NCBI RefSeq assembly: GCF_001194135.2
Contig: NC_068987.1
Span: 10,063,566 to 10,127,565, forward strand
DNA length: 64,000 bases
Direction of reading: 5' to 3'
From: Octopus bimaculoides
Lineage: Eukaryota
Shown here: piece after piece, positions 27,135 through 38,820 of the stretch
Position numbering within the stretch: position 1 is the stretch's first letter
Layout of the letters: every line of letters starts with the position of its first letter
Notes under the pieces: model-generated
What the model was told of the DNA's origin: nothing
Database searches by the model: none
The model's input: the letters and a program-made list of their open reading frames with translations, nothing else
Made by a program: the position numbers and the translations under genes

Positions 27135-27834
27135 TCTTTTTTACTCTTTTACTTGTTTCAGTCATTTGACAGCGGCCATGCTGGAACACTGCCTTTAGTC
27201 GATCTAGATTTATTCTTTGTAAGCCTAGTACTCCATTTATCGGTTTTTCTTGCTGAACCGCTAAGTTACGAGGACGTAAACATACCAACATCAATTGTCA
27301 AGCGATGGTGTGTTGACAAACACAGACACACAAATACAAAGCCGAACACTCTTAAAACGTGTTCACGTTTTGAAGTCTAAGAGAGGTTTGAAAAGCTGAT
27401 TACAGAGCTAAAGAAGCTCATTTTGCAACCATGTTGCTTCGGTTCCAGTCCCATTGCACAGAACCACTGCAAAGTGTCTTCTACTATGGCCCCGAGCCGA
27501 CCAATGCCTTGTGAGTAAATTTGGTAAATGGAAACCGTATGGAAATTAATCGTTTATATATATNNNNNNNNNNNNNNNNNNNNNNNNNNNNNNNNNNNNN
27601 NNNNNNNNNNNNNNNNNNNNNNNNNNNNNNNNNNNNNNNNNNNNNNNNNNNNNNNNNNNNNNNNNNNNNNNNNNNNNNNNNNNNNNNNNNNNNNNNNNNN
27701 NNNNNNNNNNNNNNNNNNNNNNNNNNNNNNNNNNNNNNNNNNNNNNNNNNNNNNNNNNNNNNNNNNNNNNNNNNNNNNNNNNNNNNNNNNNNNNNNNNNN
27801 NNNNNNNNNNNNNNNNNNNNNNNNNNNNNNNNNN

Positions 27835-27888
<54 letters not shown>

Positions 27889-28090
27889 GTAGAGAGAGAG
27901 ACGTGTGACGTGTCTTTGTTTTTGCCCCAGTAACCGCCGATATTAGTTTGTTTACCTCCCCAAAACTAGCAGTGCAGCAAAATTGAACTATAGAATAAGT
28001 AGCAGATTTACGAAATAAGTATTAGGGTCAGAATGTTTGGCTAAATCCTTCAAAACGGTGTTCCGGAGTAGTCAGAGTCCTATGAGTGAA
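27135..28090. mobile_element. Two SINE family A copies in opposite orientation
   Basis: Minus-strand tail half at 27135-27340; plus-strand diverged copy at 27420-28090, interrupted by a gap. Confidence 0.7.
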
Positions 28091-28145
28091 ACAAGTAAAA
28101 AATAAAAACAGATGAAGGACATTTGCATGATGTTCATTTCAAATT

Positions 28146-28350
28146 TAGGCACAAAGCCAGGAATTTCGGGGCTGGAGGCGTAAGTCGATTAAATCAATCC
28201 CCAGTGTTCAACTGGTACTTATTTTATTAACTGTGAAAGGATGAAGAACAAAGTCAACCTCAGCGGAATTTGAACTCAGAACGTAAGGAATGACAAAATA
28301 CCGCTAAGCATTTTGACCGATGTGCAAACGATTCTGCCAGCTCTCCGCCT
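28146..28350 (-). mobile_element. SINE family B copy
   Basis: Reverse complement of the consensus (ggcacaaagccagg...cagcggaatttgaactcagaacgtaa...ccagctctccgcc). Confidence 0.8.
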
Positions 28351-29012
28351 AAGATATTTGTATCTCATTAGCGCAGTTTTAACCGATCACTATATGCCGC
28401 TTTTCCACACATACTTAATTTTCTTTAGATTCGATCACACTAATTGGCAGGCATTTTGCAGCTAACAGTGTTGACAGTTTTATATTTCTAAGCAAAAACA
28501 AAAGCCACGATAGAAAAAAACAGCAATAAACACTTTCTGTCACGGATATGAAAATCTACCGAATCAAAATACTTTAAAACGTATCATGTGATTATATTTG
28601 AGACCAAATGTGATATCATTCATATTTACTATAATTTTAATGAGCTTCAATAACAATATAAAACTGTCCATTTTAAGACGCAATGTCGTAAACACTTTTT
28701 CTCTCCTAATATATTTACGAGTAAATTGCTGTGGAATGTTTATAGCGTTTAACTTATCACCTGACAAGCGAAATAATTGTTTTGCTAGTCGATCATGCCG
28801 AATAAACATCTTGTTGGTGTTCTTGGTGGATTTAGTTAAGCGGAAATAGTTACTAAAACAGCAAGGGGGAACAATTCCTAATTATATAAAATACGGGGTG
28901 ATTATGTCGACCGACATGCATCAAGATAGCTGCATGTATCTAAAAACAATGAGCCACTGCATTCACAGCGCCGGCTGTAACGTTATTTGGGTATACATAC
29001 ATACGTACATAC

Positions 29013-29098
<86 letters not shown>

Positions 29099-29439
29099 GT
29101 ATATATATATATATATACGTATATATATATATACGTATATATACATATATACATATATATGCATGTATAATTATATATATATATATATATATACATATAT
29201 ACGAATATATACATATATATACATATATATATATATACATATATATATACGTGCATATATATATACGTACATACATGGATATGTACAATTACATTAGGGA
29301 CTTCTTTTAGGTTTAATGTCTCATTTAAGAGAGCACGTTGGATGTAAATTTTAAAAAGCTTGGCAGCCAATCTCTTAGCATACACTGTCATCCGAAACTA
29401 TAAACGGAAAAAATAAAAAGGCGGAAATTTGGGATTTAA

Positions 29440-30350
29440 AGACAAGTGCCGGATAGAGCGATTATTTGATAAAGCGTTATGATTTAATACTTTGGTTAGA
29501 AACGAACATTCCACAAAACTCTGTCCGCTTGTCTTGATGTTAGCATTTCACCAATCTGTTATCAGAAATTGGCAGAATGAGAGCTTTTCAGAGAAGGATG
29601 AAACAGCTTTTAATCTTGACATGACAGAAAAACTAACTGCCAAACACGTAGGAGAGAAAACACCACTGGTTAAAAATGCTGGACATAACAAATGCCAGTT
29701 AAATTTACTGTTTTGGGGGGATTTTTTTGTACAGCAGATGGTATCAAGTTTAATCTGATGACTGATTTTTACGATAAAAACAAGGGCAAAAGAGAAATTT
29801 CAAAAGTGAATTATTATGCCAGTGTATCACAAGCCGTGATGAATGTCGATGTAATACAATGGATAAAGGAAGTTTGGAATTTACAGCCTGGTGGACTGCG
29901 TAAGGAAAAAATGTTTGCTTGCCTCGGATCACACACGAGATGAAGAATGTTGTGGATAATATTCGATCAAAAATCTCATACACAGTGGTAATTGATGGAT
30001 TTATAAATGTTTCATAACCATTATATGTCAGAATCAATAAGCATTTCATGATATAATGAAGAAAATAAGTCAGTAAAGCATTATGAAGGACATTCAAACA
30101 AGATGGGAGCCAGCACACGGGTTCCATCACTGACTTGCTGGTTTTCGAAAGGATTATTAAATTATGAAAGGAAATATAAGCTGACATCATTAACAAATCA
30201 TTGGAGAATGGAGGTATTACGAAAATATTTGACGTCTCAGAAGATTCATATCTGTTACAGTATGACGATGACGCAATAGACAATTTATATATATTTACAA
30301 ACAGCGATAACGAATACGATGACATCAGGAAGGTTGAGTTAAAACTGAAG
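29440..30350 (+). mobile_element. Decayed pogo-like (Tc1/mariner, DDE_1) transposase
   Basis: Collinear motifs across frameshifts: DETAFNLDM (compare DET/DQT), KNAGHNK (KTTGHEK), CTADGIK (CTADGTKL), WIKEVWNLQPGGLRKE, *PLYVRINKHF (QPLDVSINKPF), GGITKIFDVSED plus an acidic tail (CGISN.LDGSED). The second and third catalytic Asp are lost. Confidence 0.8.
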
Positions 30351-30869
30351 AGAAACAGCAATGTAATATGGCAGAATTTTAATAAATATTTCCTCATAAA
30401 GTTGAAGATTTTACTATGTATTACAATGTTACATGTATTAAAATGATATTAACGTTGGTCTACGGCTTTGTAAGCATAAACAAAGTTTGGAATTAATTTT
30501 CATTCATCGTCTTTATCGCTTTTTCGAATATTCAAAATTGTTAACTATGCTGAATACCGTAATTAGAAATGAAAAATATAGCTATGTTATTCTGCATTGT
30601 TAAAGTGTGATTATAATGAGTATTACTAAAACGGTAAGTGTGAATATCTATGTTCTAACAGGACCAGATTTGTCTCTTAGAGACTTGATTGAACCGAAGA
30701 TAATCATTTGTTTTTATATTAGTGCGATTATCAGTATGTAAACGGATGCTATCTTGCTCTTTCTCTATATCTATCTATCTATCTATCTATCTATCTAGCT
30801 GTCTGTCTGTCTGTCTGTCTGTCTAGCTATCTGTTTGTCTGTCCAGCTATCTGTCTGTTTATCTATCTG

Positions 30870-30930
<61 letters not shown>

Positions 30931-30937
30931 ATCTATG

Positions 30938-30973
<36 letters not shown>

Positions 30974-31094
30974 TTGTATGTATATAATATTGCATTAAAT
31001 ATTAATGATATATTTTGTTGTCATATTTCATATATACCAACAATGCAATGTGTACATATTCACTGTATATACATATATGTATATAACATGTACG

Positions 31095-31131
<37 letters not shown>

Positions 31132-31519
31132 GAGACAGAAACAGAGAGAGAGCTAGTAAAGTAGATAAACAGGTAATTTGAGAAATATATGTACACGAAA
31201 CGCATAAAACAGATTATAGAATAAAAAGAGAATTGTGTAAATTCTTATCTCGACACTTGTTTCAAGATAGCCAGAACTACGTAATAATTATATTTGTAGA
31301 AAATGTGCACGACATCAATGAGGCAAAGAATGAATTTCATGTCAGACAATAAAAAATTATGATTTTACATAATGAACAAATGTCTTGTACAATTTATGTC
31401 TTCAAGTAAAGATTATGCCATAAAATTGATTGAGTGAAGAGGTCTCGTTTTGGCGTAGTTTAGCGAAATTACTCCCGACAACATGAAGACGAGTTTAGGT
31501 ATAGAATTAACTTGAAGGG

Positions 31520-32890
31520 AAACCGTAACATATAACGTTAAGGTTTTCTACCTATAGAGGCATGAGGACCATGGATGAGATTGTGTTGGTTAGCCGGAGG
31601 CCACCGAAATGTATTTCGCTCAAGGGTTGGCCAGATTACGGGTGGGTCTAGTAAATAAGATGTCGTTCACCGAAGAAGTGTACTGGAGAGTGCTAGCGGG
31701 ACGAAGGGTCGGGGTAAGTTTGAAGGGTTGTTTCTCGCTGCAAGAAGTTAAAAGTTCGAGTTTGGCTTGTAATTTAGTATTGGGGCTATAGGCAAGCTTC
31801 TCAGGGAAACTGCCACTGCGGAAGGCCTGGTTATCGTTTGTAGCATGATTATCAAAGTTGTAGTCATTGGTGGACAAGTTAGAAATCCTAATAGAAATTC
31901 CTTTAACCATACTATTTAAAACATATTTAGAATGATTGGAATGGATGTTAATGTGTTGTGACGATTGGCTGGGATTATGATAAGAGCAGTAGAGGTTAGA
32001 TTCTAAATCGAAATTAAAGTCCAAGAAGTAAGCTACTTTGGTTTTATTTTCAATTAAGATAAAAAGATTATAGTTTTTTAAGAACTTGTGGATGGCTTTT
32101 CAGATACACTCAATGGACGGCCTCGATGACCTCATGGTTGTAAGAAGTGCGACATCCCGTCATAGACTTCCAGAGGGGTCGGGGAAGTGCTTATTAATTT
32201 GTGATAGTAGAACAAGACCCACTAAGTCGAAAATCGGTGCAGGGTCGGAGGAGTCCATGGTCATATCAGAGTAGCTGATGGTCGAACTCCGAGACCAGTA
32301 TTTGTTATTCAAAAAACGAGTGCTTTTTCGGGCCGTTAAGACAATGTTTATGTCCAACCCAGAAAGGGTGCGAATTTCCTAGCGAAAATTAAGACCTTAT
32401 TTACTAGAAGACGGAATGTGGAGGCGTAATAATCAGAAATATCGAATGTGAGGAAGTATTCGATTTGTTAGAGAGAGTGTGAAACCAGGTGATGATGTCG
32501 CCAGTATTATTCCCAGGGGCAATTCTATCTTCAAATTTTACTACGGGAATAATCCTGTTTCTAATGCATTTACTTACGAGTTCGATATCAGATTTTGTGG
32601 AGTAAATAAGTCTAATGCAAGGTTTATTACAAACATTTGGATTATGGTCTTTCAGGGTGAGATAGGGAGCGTCAAAAGTTGTAAGGTTTAGCTCGATTAT
32701 GTAATCCAGGGCCTCCAGGGCCTCATCTTACAATGCTTTTAATTCCTACTTAATTCTTTAGTTATGAAGCTGGTGTACATATTCATCGGGAGAGTATACA
32801 AGTACCCGATTTAGTCAGAAATACGTGCAAACGCAGGGATTTTGGGGTCCTGGAAATAATCATGGATAGATCCTTTTCGAAAGAGTTGTA
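31520..32890 (-). mobile_element. Decayed Penelope-like retroelement reverse transcriptase
   Basis: Collinear motifs: YLTLKDHNPN..KPCIRLIYSTKSDIELVSK (compare FITLKDHK..CRLINPSKSELG.VSK), FLTFDISDYYAS (FD...FYPS), IVLTARKS, DMTMDSSDPAPIFDLVGL (DVTMGS.DGAE.CELVGL), GSL*RDV (GLYRDD), YHNPSQSSQHINIHSNHS..MVKGISIRISNLS (Y.KP...YI...SNHP...SI..RIS.LS). Confidence 0.8.
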
Positions 32891-33182
32891 CTATTTCGTA
32901 TATGCGTGTGTATGTGTGTGGTGTGTTTGTCCTTGAAGTGTGGCTTACTGCAGATATTCTGACTCATATACGTCTTTCAGTAGTGTAAACCAAGAGTGAA
33001 TTCTAAACACGTCACTACAAATCTTAAACACGCTTCCTTTATGCAGTTCTATTACAGTCAAGTTGCTAGCTTTTAATGTGATGGAACCCCACTGTATACT
33101 GATGTTCTTTAAATACATAACAATCACATTTAAAAATAATTCGCAGAAATCGATGTGAATTATCGGTGTATCTCGTTAAGTA

Positions 33183-33224
33183 TTTGACATTGTCAAGCAG
33201 TTTGACATTGTCAAGCAGTTTGAC
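33183..33224. repeat. 18-bp tandem repeat containing the palindrome TTGACA-T-TGTCAA
   Basis: (tttgacattgtcaagcag)x2 followed by tttgac. Confidence 0.9.
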
Positions 33225-33391
33225 TGAGTTTAGTTTGATTTCTTGTTCACAATAATTGAGTTCAAAGAATGACTATAAGACACATGTAAGGTAGATATCA
33301 AACTATACAAAAACAATAACCGCGCCGAATTCCTTCTTCCAATCACAATGATCAAATAACGTATATTTGTGTGCGTATGTGTGTGTATCTA

Positions 33392-33438
<47 letters not shown>

Positions 33439-33967
33439 ATACATATAAATATATACGTACATATACATGTATATTCTATATATATATATACACAGACACA
33501 TATATACATACATACATATATACACACATACAGATATATTTATGCGTATATATTTATATGTACAAATACACACACGCATTCAGATATATTTATACACACA
33601 CATACACATACATGCACATATATACACATATATATACATTCCCAAATACACACATATATTCTTTCTAATTGAATTATTGTTGCAACTATACATTGAATCG
33701 TTATATAATTAATTCTTTATTTTCACTATTTTTCTTTTTTCTAAACGTATTTTTGTGCTGTTTTTTTTTCTTTTAATTCAATATCATAATTAATGAGATT
33801 AACATTGGCGTACAGAATAATGTCTTAACACATTAATTACTGATTCAACAAGTATTTTAAATGAATTATACATAATAAAAATCGTTTTATATTTTTTCAA
33901 TGCGATGTTGACTTAATTATTCAAATTTGCATTTAAAATTTACAAATTGTTTTTTATATTAATATCA

Positions 33968-33991
33968 CTTTTTTGTTTTGTTTTTTTGCAG
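33968..33991 (+). promoter_or_regulatory. 3' splice acceptor of a 5'-UTR intron, 12 nt upstream of the neuropeptide ATG
   Basis: cttttttgttttgtttttttgcAG|gaatatttcaagATG: long U tract followed by CAG|G. Confidence 0.8.
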
Positions 33992-34003
33992 GAATATTTC
34001 AAG

Positions 34004-34690
34004 ATGGCGACCTTCCTAAACTTTTTGCTATTCGTAACTGTTTTAGCGCTCACGAAATTCTCTACTCTTTCTGCTGAATTAAATGAACTATCAAACAAAC
34101 AGTCTGCTATCAAAGTAGCTCGTAGTATGATGCCTGCAAAATTTCTGGAATCGGATCTTGAAGCTTGGGACGAGAAAATCGGAGATCAGAGAAATTGGGA
34201 AGATCGCCTAAATATGAAACGAAACTGGGATGAACTCAGTAGTTGGGGCAAGCGAAGCGCATTTGACAATAACGCTATCGATAACGAATTCGGAAACAGT
34301 CTTAGGCGGGCTTTAAATAGCCATAATTTAAAATTGTCGTCGTTATTGAACGGCGCCGAATTGCAGAAAAGGTGGGATAGTTTACAAGCTTGGGGGAAAA
34401 GAAACGCAAACGGAAATGAGGCAGCATATGGCAAAAATGTTAAAAGAGATCATATGGTGAAAGCAAGTGATGGTACTTGGAAAAAGGTAGGTAGCGCTGA
34501 CGGGGATAAACGTGGTAACGGCTGGGATGAAATGAATGGATGGGGTAAAAGAAACGCCGTTCAACATAAAATCAGATCCAGAAATTGGGATTCCCTTCAG
34601 GCTTGGGGCAAAAGAGAAAGTCCATCTGATGATTCCGCTTTGTATGAAAACAACCAACGGCAAAAAAGAAGTACTGGAAAGATTTTGTAA
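34004..34690 (+). CDS. Wamide-family neuropeptide precursor (allatostatin-B / myoinhibitory peptide / PTSP-like / WWamide type), 228 aa, single coding exon
   Basis: Open frame begins MATFLNFLLFVTVLALTKFSTLSA, a hydrophobic signal peptide of about 24 aa. Four W-X5-W-G-K-R units follow basic sites: KR-NWDELSSW-GKR (34223-34255), KR-WDSLQAW-GKR (34373-34402), KR-GNGWDEMNGW-GKR (34514-34552) and RSR-NWDSLQAW-GKR (34583-34615). Gly plus a dibasic site is the standard amidation/convertase signal. The track's TTG start at 33947 lies in the intron; the ATG is at 34004 (aagATGg). Confidence 0.93.
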   Translation: MATFLNFLLFVTVLALTKFSTLSAELNELSNKQSAIKVARSMMPAKFLESDLEAWDEKIGDQRNWEDRLNMKRNWDELSSWGKRSAFDNNAIDNEFGNSLRRALNSHNLKLSSLLNGAELQKRWDSLQAWGKRNANGNEAAYGKNVKRDHMVKASDGTWKKVGSADGDKRGNGWDEMNGWGKRNAVQHKIRSRNWDSLQAWGKRESPSDDSALYENNQRQKRSTGKIL

Positions 34691-34932
34691 GAAGAATGAT
34701 TACAAATATATATATATATATATATATATAGTTGGTAAGTAGATTTTGTACTATATTGTTTCTTTGAAGAAATTTGTGTTTTCTTACGTTAGATTTACAC
34801 AATACAACACATTTATGGAGCTGTGTATTATGTAATTATTTTAGCAATTAGAGAGTGATGAAAATCATGAACGAGACCTGAGTTCAAGTTCATGACTAAA
34901 TACTCTAAAATATTTTCCCTGTCCTTCATGTA

Positions 34933-34938
34933 AATAAA
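34933..34938 (+). terminator. Candidate polyadenylation signal of the neuropeptide mRNA
   Basis: First AATAAA seen after the stop codon (about 240 nt downstream), with a U-rich tract near 34995; it precedes the repeat-rich block that starts near 35100. Confidence 0.4.
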
Positions 34939-35276
34939 TGTCCTATGATATTTAGCTATATCCTATTATATTTTCACTTCAAATCCAAACGGGCTCTTTT
35001 TTTTAAGCACTTGAAGGATGTCAAGTATCGATGAAGAACACTTGTAATATACTGGTGTATATAATCATTTGCTTTTCATATCTACATTTCTTACAAAACC
35101 CCAAAGAATTCCTCTCAACACATGGCTATGATGCTCCCCCACTACTTCTGCTTGTGATCAGAGATACACATATCGTCAGCCACCAAGGGACATGCTCAAC
35201 AGGTTAAGGTCAAACAACTGACAACCAAATCTGTGGTATTGAGCATATTATTATTACTATTATTATTATCATTATC

Positions 35277-35508
35277 GAGGCGGCGAGTTAGCGGAATCGT
35301 TAGCACGCCCAGTAAAATTCTTAGCGGCATTTCGTCCGTCTTTACGCTCTTTTTTCAAATTCCGCTGCGGTCCACTTTGCCTTTTATACTTTTGGGATCA
35401 ATAAATCAAGTACCAGTTGAGCACTGGAGCCAATGTAATCGACTAACACTTTCACCTGAAATTGCTGGGCTTGTGCCAAAATTTGAAACCATTATTATTA
35501 TTATTATT

Positions 35509-35574
<66 letters not shown>

Positions 35575-35765
35575 ATTAATGCGGTGAGCTGGCACAATCG
35601 TTAGTACGATGGACGAAATGCTTAGCAGTATTTGGTCCGTCGCTACGTTCTGAGTTCAAATTCCACCGAGGTCGACTTTGCCTTTCCTCGTTTCAGAGTC
35701 GATAAATTAAGTTCCAGTGAAACACTGGCGTCGATGAAATCGACTTATCCCCTCCCCCAAATTTG
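35277..35765 (+). mobile_element. Two tandem SINE family B copies separated by (ATT)n(GTT)n
   Basis: Consensus matches at 35277-35492 and 35580-35765. Confidence 0.85.
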
Positions 35766-35805
35766 CTCCCTCAATTATTATTATTATCATTATTATTATT
35801 ATTAC

Positions 35806-35838
<33 letters not shown>

Positions 35839-36649
35839 CTGGTGACTCGTTCACACATTTAAAAATTTTGCTCCGAAAATTCTTAATACTTTTGAAGGGT
35901 AAATTGAATAATTAACTTTCATTTTCGATATGATTTTTTTAAAGACTTTAAACTGTCTGCTCCGAAACGAGATTCGATAACAGTCAGTCAGTTTTAAAAA
36001 GTATTCCCCATCTTATTTCACCGACTTTCTGGAAGTCAAAAATGGCTTCTTGATGTCCATAATCCGCCACTAAAAGAAAGCATATTAAACAAAGTAAAAC
36101 AGCAACCATATGAAAAAAACATATAATGACATATTGAGAAAACAAACATGGTACGACAGACGTTTTTGACAACAGCAGCAAGAACAACAGCAGCAGTCTA
36201 CATGTATGGATTGTATTAAAAGAAATTATGGTGAGCATTTAACAAAACGCCATCATTCGCAGGAGTTCTTTCAGATAAAAAAATAACTGCCTATATATGG
36301 CGTATTTTGCTGAAAGAACTAAAGCTTGGCAGCATTTCTTTCTACAAGGAGTCAGTCTACTTTAATCCACCACTTAGGTGCATGAGAGGAGGATGGCAAA
36401 GTGTTTATGTTTTGCCAAAACCGCGGTTGCTTTTCTTGTTACATTCAAAACAGAGTTGGAAACGGCCTTGTTATAGATGTGAAATCTATTTTTATTGGTA
36501 GACATAGGGTGTATGGTACTATATGTTTCATTCAGCCCAAATTGTACGTGAAACACAAGGATCGCTGTCAAGATAATCTATGATAATGACAGCCTCTGGC
36601 TAGAAGTCATCTTCATGGCACAATATGAACGCACGTGGTTAATCAGTAT

Positions 36650-37640
36650 GCAGCTGTAACTTTCCACGATATGTGATCGTGTGTGGCTGCCATTGACATG
36701 GAAGCTTCGAAAATACTGGAGTTCTCCTCTGTAGAGAATGCAAAGAGGAATGCCTTAAAACCCAGTATCCTTATCAGAAGGTTCTGCTATCACGCTTAAG
36801 AGAGTAAAAGCCATATAAAGGCTTAACAGGATAAAAAGCGACAACATCAATAAATCATAGAAGATGCTGATTCTGGCGGCATTGAGAACAAAACTGAAAT
36901 CATGAAAAAAGAAAATCGGCCCTTACTTTGTCTGAACACTAAACAAGGGACTTAAGAATGCCCTCTCCCATCCTCAACCAGCGCAAAAAAAATGAGCTCA
37001 GTCCAAAACAATAGTAACAACGGTGAGAATTAAATCAACAGAAATTCACACATCATGGCAGTTTCATCCATGTGCTGATGATATTGCAGAACCACAGAAG
37101 ACCGGTAGACTTGTTATTTAAAGAAAAAACGAATAAATGCCGAAATAAGAGTCATAAAAGTCAATAAAAAGTGTAAGAAGTGGTACAGCTGTTGAGAAAA
37201 GGAGACAATCTTCAATGAAAAATACATCTACTTTGGAAGAGATCTTACTTGGCGTAAAGAGGAGTACCTCTCTGGTCAGGAGGAGTTCGCTTCCTGCAAA
37301 AGCGAGCTCAAGAGAAGAGAAATACATATCGTCTCGGTTAAAATTAATCTCCAAAGCCATTCGAAAAGCCAACAAAATACTCGTATATGAAATGCTGTAG
37401 AATGGGCAGAAGTAAACGAAACCGCCATTGTCTTTATGCGACTGGAGTCAAGGGCAAACGACGAAACAGGACACTGAGATACTGAGGCTTCTCCTTTTCC
37501 AGCACGCAAGCAGCTTGAGGTTACGGGCATCCGTACCACCTCATCGCCTTACATCATGACAGAGATGGAAGGAGACAGAGGGTAAGGAAAGCCCTCAGAT
37601 ACCGTAAAAAAACAACAAGAAGACACAACAAGCAAAAGAC
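36650..37640 (+). mobile_element. Decayed non-LTR retrotransposon RT (RTE-like LINE)
   Basis: Collinear remnants: IDMEASK (compare F.D..KAFD), QG..CPLP (QGCPLSP) at 36944-36970, CADDIA (YADD) at 37071-37088, EKYIYFGRD (F.YLGS) near 37218-37247, and a later G.R.R..P-like motif. Many stops. Confidence 0.6.
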
Positions 37641-37652
37641 GAGTAATACATA

Positions 37653-37700
37653 GGTGTTCCTTTTAGGAACTGATGAAGAGTTACAGTTCTTCGAAATACC
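37653..37700 (+). ncRNA. Candidate degenerate type III hammerhead ribozyme
   Basis: ggtgt-t-cc-tttta-ggaa-CTGATGA-a-gag-ttacagttc-ttc-GAAA-tacc. Both core segments are present and stem III (ggtgt/atacc) pairs; stem I is out of register and stem II is weak. Confidence 0.3.
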
Positions 37701-38099
37701 AACGATAAACTGATTTCTAGAATGGCCCGAAAGAAACCAACAGAGGTTTTCTGTTGATTGACGAATAGTTATGGTCTGACTTTATAAACATCATAACTAT
37801 AAACAAATATATATTTGTGTGTATGTGTGTGTATCTGTATTTGTTCCTCCGCCATCACTTGACGACCAATGCTGATGTCTTTATGTCCATGTATCTAGCA
37901 GTTCGGTAAAAGAAACCGATAGAATAAGTACTGGGCTTACAAAGAATAAGTCCCGCGTTCGATTTCTTCGACTAAAACTCCTCAAAGCGCATCTGACTGC
38001 GCTTTGAAGAGTTTTCTTACTTTCGATTAAATGTAGCTGTTTATTTCTGAAACAACCTTTTGAACCTGGAATATAAGGAAATTTAGGAACACTTGATAT

Positions 38100-38820
38100 T
38101 GGTTTCAAATTTTGGCACAAGGCCAGCAAGTTCGTGGGAGTCAGGTAAGTCGATTACATCGACCCTACTGTTTAACTGGCACTTATTTTAACGACCTCGA
38201 AAGGATGAAATGCAAAGTCGACCTCGGCGGAATTTGAACTCAGAATGTAAAGATAGACGAGATGCCGCTAAGCATTTTGAACTGTTACACTTGATATTAA
38301 CTGCAGCCAATGCAACCCTCTGTGATAGGTGACTGTCTTTTATTGCTCTAGTAAATGAAGACCGTCAGATTTCTAAAAATCTTTGTGTAAACCAGGAGAT
38401 AACTGAATTCATGTTTGCAGAGAACTAGAATGATATACCTGACGAGCGTTTGTATTGTTTAGGGATGCCATATAGGTAAGCTTGATCCAAAATCCATTGA
38501 GACCTTATATATTTCGAAATATCAGAGCCATTGCTTGCATACAAGACTGTATCAATATAATCATGCTCAGATCAACAGATCGATTTTACCTCAAGGCTTT
38601 ATAAAGCAGTGAGCTGGCAGAAACGCTAGCACGCCGGGCGAAATGCTTGGCGGTATTTCGTCCGTCTTTACGTTCTGAGTTCAAATTCCGCCGAGGTCGA
38701 CTTTACTCTTCATCTTTTCAGGGTTGATAAATTTAATACCAGTTGCGTACTGAGGTCGATCTAATCGACTGGCACCCTCCCCCAAAATTTCGAGCCTTGT
38801 GCCTAGAGTAGTAAAGAATA
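38100..38820. mobile_element. Divergent pair of SINE family B copies
   Basis: Minus copy at 38100-38280 and plus copy at 38603-38820. Confidence 0.85.

Noticed and set aside
34186-34802. Antisense and alternate-frame ORFs overlapping the neuropeptide exon
   Set aside because: Shadow ORFs of the real CDS with no independent motifs.
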